DNA of 64,000 nt from a virus: IMG/VR virus record IMGVR_UViG_3300023174_000094, positions 42,649-106,648 of that record. One strand, 5' to 3'. Shown in pieces: positions 60,998 to 64,000 of this stretch (its first letter is position 1; each line of letters opens with the position of its first letter). The notes under the pieces are model-generated. The model saw only the letters and a list, made by a program, of their open reading frames with translations, was not told where the DNA came from and ran no database searches. A program made the position numbers and the translations under genes.

Positions 60998-61072
60998 CGG
61001 GTGTGCGTCTGCTACATTCTTGGGCAGCTCCACACCCGCCCGCCGTGTAATTTTACAGGCGTGTAATTTTAA
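60998..61072. repeat. Right-half element H4
   Basis: CGGGTGTG...CACACCCG, then GTGTAATTTTACAGGCGTGTAATTTTA. Confidence 0.7.
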
Positions 61073-61203
61073 GTTGAAAAATGGGGGGTTTCTAAACTTA
61101 CATAAAGGTAATTTTTGTACGCATTAAAGCTGGATAAAGGGGTATCAGTGTTTTGCTTGGTGCATGGAAAAACCCCCCGATTTCTCAGGGGGCTCATTCC
61201 CGT

Positions 61204-61344
61204 TTATTTCTTATTGTTTAGGTCTAGCCAGGTCTTAGACATTGTTACATCTTTGACCGCCTTCTCATAACCCGCCTCGTATGCGAACCATACGATTACG
61301 CCTGTTGCCATGAGAAACATGGTGAATAGTCCGAACCAATTCAC
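61204..61344 (-). CDS. 46-aa membrane peptide
   Basis: GTGA overlap with the upstream gene; terminator-like hairpin at about 61168-61193. Confidence 0.45.
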   Translation of the reverse strand: MNWFGLFTMFLMATGVIVWFAYEAGYEKAVKDVTMSKTWLDLNNKK

Positions 61345-61541
61345 GCAAGCCCCCAGACATTGAGCCAAGTTTCCATGATAACTTCGGCTTGAGCCTCATT
61401 CATGCATGGCATGGTAAATAGGTGACTATCTGAACTATCTCCCGTAGGGCTTGAGACCCATATTGTCAGGATATGTCCTGTTTTTACTACTGCTACGGGC
61501 ATTCCTTTCATTCGGATATTTGGTCTAATTTCGGTATTCAT
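61341..61541 (-). CDS. Hypothetical protein
   Basis: AAAGGA RBS; SSPTGDSSDSH motif. Confidence 0.6.
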   Translation of the reverse strand: MNTEIRPNIRMKGMPVAVVKTGHILTIWVSSPTGDSSDSHLFTMPCMNEAQAEVIMETWLNVWGLA

Positions 61542-61656
61542 AATGGTTTTTCCTTTTCTGTTGTTTTGTTTGTGTGTAATCATGTACTAAATTATCCCCC
61601 GATATCCCCCTACGCCCACGAGGGGGGGGGTAGGGGGGCTTTCGCCCCCCTCTCGC

Positions 61657-62127
61657 CTACCTTTTGGCGAATACCACGAGGTCGGCTATTTCGGGGTCGG
61701 TAGCCTTGACCTTCATACCGTAGGCGAGACCTCGGCGGGCTTGTACTGCCTTCACCCATGCCATGCCCTTGACAGTGGCGAGACTGTCTAGGCGTACTTG
61801 TATGGCGTTATCAGGTCGGTCATTGACCTCTGCAGGGCTCTTACTTGCCTTACCCTGTAGGTGCTTGTATCGCAATACTGCAGGCACTGTCACTGCCTTG
61901 CCTGCCTCGTATGCTACCGATACCTCTGCCTGCAGAGCCTCTACGCTCTTACCCTGTACCCATGCCTCTGCTACTGCAGTCAGTAGCACCATGTCCACAT
62001 AGGTAGCCTTGTGACCTGCCTTGAGGTCACGGGTACGCTCTGCCTCTACTGCCTTGAGGCTCTTGGCTACTAGAGCCTTTGCCTCGGTGCTCACCTTGTA
62101 GGTGAACCTTGCCTTTGGTGTTGCCAT
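61657..62127 (-). CDS. Basic protein (unit F), paralog of 60386
   Basis: RPDNAIQVRLDSL; TTGCTA-N17-TATCTT promoter; leader hairpin; GAAAGG RBS. Confidence 0.8.
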   Translation of the reverse strand: MATPKARFTYKVSTEAKALVAKSLKAVEAERTRDLKAGHKATYVDMVLLTAVAEAWVQGKSVEALQAEVSVAYEAGKAVTVPAVLRYKHLQGKASKSPAEVNDRPDNAIQVRLDSLATVKGMAWVKAVQARRGLAYGMKVKATDPEIADLVVFAKR

Positions 62128-62448
62128 GTCCTTGCCTTTCGCTTAGGTGTTGAGCCCGTTGCTCAACCTCATGTAATAAAAGATACAGGACATAGATACA
62201 CATAGCAAGCACTGACCTCATCTAAAACCCTTATAAAATAAGGCTTTTATGAATTGTTTAGAAATAGTTTCGGAATTGGGTGAAGAATTGGTTCATTCTG
62301 ACCTTGTAGGGCATTGACCATACCCAACATACCAATTTAGGTACACCGTAAAATACGGCATAACACTGTTTTAATATATACTCAATTTTTCTAAAAAAGG
62401 GCGTGGGCGGGAATTGGGCGGGAGCTGGTTTAAAATGCGGGAGAATAG

Positions 62449-62576
62449 AAAAGAGACCGCTTTGCGGGCGGTCTCTCTTTCCTCTCAGTGAACTATAACG
62501 GTCCTAAGATAGCGAAATTCGTTCTGCTCTGGTGATAGTGCAGATCACGATTGCCGCTTGACACTTTTAGGGTGCC
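62449..62576 (-). ncRNA. Predicted small RNA with a 30-nt segment antisense to 23S rRNA H69-H71
   Basis: TGATATAAT extended -10 at 62583-62591, two small hairpins, rRNA-complementary segment at 62491-62520 and terminator hairpin at 62452-62476. Confidence 0.65.
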
Positions 62577-62588
62577 ATAAGTATTATA

Positions 62589-62765
62589 TCACTTCTTAGA
62601 GTTGCGGTAAAATCCACTGCCTTTGAGCTCTATCATCGGCGGGGAATAGATTTGTTTTAGCGTAGCGTTGCACACCGAACAGTTCGGGCTTGAAATTTCT
62701 TCCAGAATGGATCTAAACTCAGAGTAGGGATGTCCATTGGAACACTTATAATCATACTGTGGCAT
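62589..62765 (-). CDS. FmdB-family zinc-ribbon protein (58 aa)
   Basis: Read manually as MPQYDYKC.NGH...CSVC...KQIYS.P.I..KGSGFY. Confidence 0.8.
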   Translation of the reverse strand: MPQYDYKCSNGHPYSEFRSILEEISSPNCSVCNATLKQIYSPPMIELKGSGFYRNSKK

Positions 62766-62796
62766 AGCTCATAAATTATACATGATATAATATATC

Positions 62797-63195
62797 ATGT
62801 ACGAATATAGAATTAAGAAGGTTTTGAAAGTTGTTGACGGAGATACCATTGATGTGGACATTGATCTGGGGTTTAATATCTCCTACACCCAAAGAGTTAG
62901 ACTGGCGGGAATTGATACCCCTGAATCTCGCACAAAAGACGCACGAGAGAAGGCATTGGGGCTTGAGGTAAAAGACAAGGTAAAGAAAGCCATTGATGCC
63001 GCAAAAACCGTTGTGGTAAAAACCGAGCTTCCTGATAGCTCTGAAAAGTACGGGCGTATTCTTGGTTGGGTATATCTTGATGGCGATACCCGTTCCCTTA
63101 ACGAACAGCTCATTGATGAGGGTTATGCTTGGGGATATATGGGTGAAACCAAAATCAAAGACTTTGACGCACTCCTGGCAAAGCGAAACAAGTAA
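62797..63195 (+). CDS. Thermonuclease (SNase family)
   Basis: VVDGDTI, RLAGIDTPE, KYGRIL and L..EGYA motifs; leaderless TGATATAAT. Confidence 0.92.
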   Translation: MYEYRIKKVLKVVDGDTIDVDIDLGFNISYTQRVRLAGIDTPESRTKDAREKALGLEVKDKVKKAIDAAKTVVVKTELPDSSEKYGRILGWVYLDGDTRSLNEQLIDEGYAWGYMGETKIKDFDALLAKRNK

Positions 63196-63262
63196 AACCC
63201 TTTAAATATATAGGGCATATAAAGCATATAGTATTTTCGGAGCCCACATTTTAGAGCCCGAT

Positions 63263-63397
63263 TTATTCATCAAATGATTTGCGAAAACTAATCCATGCGT
63301 CACGATTAGACATTCTGCGAATTCGGGATTGTCTTGTGAAGTAAGCACTTCCTCTAACGACAATAAACGCGACCCATATCATGAGTAGGTATTTCAT
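63263..63397 (-). CDS. 44-aa hypothetical peptide
   Basis: ATGA overlap with the oxygenase stop. Confidence 0.4.
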   Translation of the reverse strand: MKYLLMIWVAFIVVRGSAYFTRQSRIRRMSNRDAWISFRKSFDE

Positions 63398-63948
63398 TTT
63401 CCCCCTTGAAAATCAATATTAACAACCATCCTAAATGGAGAGCGAACAGGGTTTGAGGCTGCGTGAATATTGCTGCCATCAAAGATGATAGCCCGCCCTG
63501 GTTTTGGATATACGGTGTCCTGGAGCTCGCATGCTTCATTAAAAAAGTAAGTTGGTCCATCTGAGTCGTTTATGTAATATAGAAGAACTTTATGGTCAAC
63601 AGGATCTCCGTTGTCGTACTGTAAATCAATATGAGGAACCTGAGATTCATAGTTCATCTTTGGGGGGTATGGAGAGGTTACATTTACCTTAGCCCGCAAA
63701 AGATTAATATTACCAAATCTATCTACCAGATTACCGACAAGCTTGCCAATTGCAGGTAGATGACTAGAGGCAATATCTGATTCAGATTCATACAGATGAT
63801 GTGACATCTGCATTGGTGCATGAGTCCACATTTCACCCTCGTGATAGATATGGCTACGATAGAACCGATAAGAAACTTGAGGGTCGGTAAAGTATTCATA
63901 CAGATACCCCTGTTCTTCTATGGGCACATAGTTATCAATAATCAACAT
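63394..63948 (-). CDS. 2OG-Fe(II) oxygenase-like protein
   Basis: PHID, LYYIND.DG.T, FDG...HA...P....R.V.N; likely start MLIIDN. Confidence 0.85.
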   Translation of the reverse strand: MLIIDNYVPIEEQGYLYEYFTDPQVSYRFYRSHIYHEGEMWTHAPMQMSHHLYESESDIASSHLPAIGKLVGNLVDRFGNINLLRAKVNVTSPYPPKMNYESQVPHIDLQYDNGDPVDHKVLLYYINDSDGPTYFFNEACELQDTVYPKPGRAIIFDGSNIHAASNPVRSPFRMVVNIDFQGGK

Positions 63949-64000
63949 GGCTGGCGAGGTAGGGCTTGAACCCACGACCCAGGGATTAACAGTCCCTTGC
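63948..64000 (-). tRNA. tRNA-Asn(GUU), partial (5' end outside window)
   Basis: AGGGA-CTGTTAA-TCCCT anticodon arm, GGTTCAAG T-loop and encoded CCA. Confidence 0.88.

Noticed and set aside
57613-61072. CRISPR array
   Set aside because: Repeats are 740-930 bp apart, diverged and separated by whole genes rather than 30-40 nt spacers. The Cas4-like gene is a typical solo phage nuclease.
57709-62221. + strand ORFs 57709, 57749, 58692, 59127, 60285, 60299, 60691, 61473 and 61763, and - strand ORFs 60199 and 62027
   Set aside because: They overlap minus-strand genes that have promoters, RBSs, terminators and paralogs, or run through repeat elements.
62491-62520. rRNA gene or host contamination
   Set aside because: Only 30 nt match, and the flanks are phage-like with coherent promoter and terminator.
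62484-62565. Short 9-10 nt matches (CTCAGTGAA, GCTTGACACT) to other recalled E. coli 23S positions
   Set aside because: Too short to separate from chance, and I could not verify them for actinobacterial rRNA.
1-64000. Stop-codon reassignment, diversity-generating retroelement or retron
   Set aside because: Core genes are intact in code 11 and end in all three stop codons; no reverse transcriptase or TR/VR pair was seen.

Overview
This is a 64-kb slice of a large, AT-rich, tailed dsDNA phage genome with siphovirus-type tail genes. The host is probably an actinobacterium (two WhiB genes, DnaE polymerase, TGnTATAAT leaderless promoters); this is inference. Layout: 1-14.4 kb is the tail module (tape measure, tail-tip proteins with PA14/LamG-like domains, fibre, GNAT and 2OG-Fe(II) oxygenase). 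14.4-36.6 kb is the replication, recombination and packaging core (DnaB, primase, SSB, DnaE, RecA-like, Cas4-like, resolvases, terminase), interspersed with glycosyltransferases. 37-56.2 kb is a dense + strand block of small, mostly unknown early-type genes with a tRNA-Arg and flanking structured RNAs. 56.2-62.4 kb is a gene-sparse, repeat-rich region of self-contained promoter-gene-terminator units. 62.4-64 kb holds a small RNA candidate, a zinc-ribbon gene, a thermonuclease, a 2OG oxygenase and a partial tRNA-Asn. Two observations stand out. (1) A predicted ~125-nt minus-strand sRNA with its own promoter and terminator carries a 30-nt stretch complementary to 23S rRNA helices 69-71, and its single mismatch is a G-U wobble. 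(2) An array of transcription units encodes paralogous basic RGRKS-type proteins, separated by conserved five-box elements with a 13-8-13 inverted-repeat core, and individual units are written in strikingly different k-mer dialects. All calls were made by eye and no searches were run.
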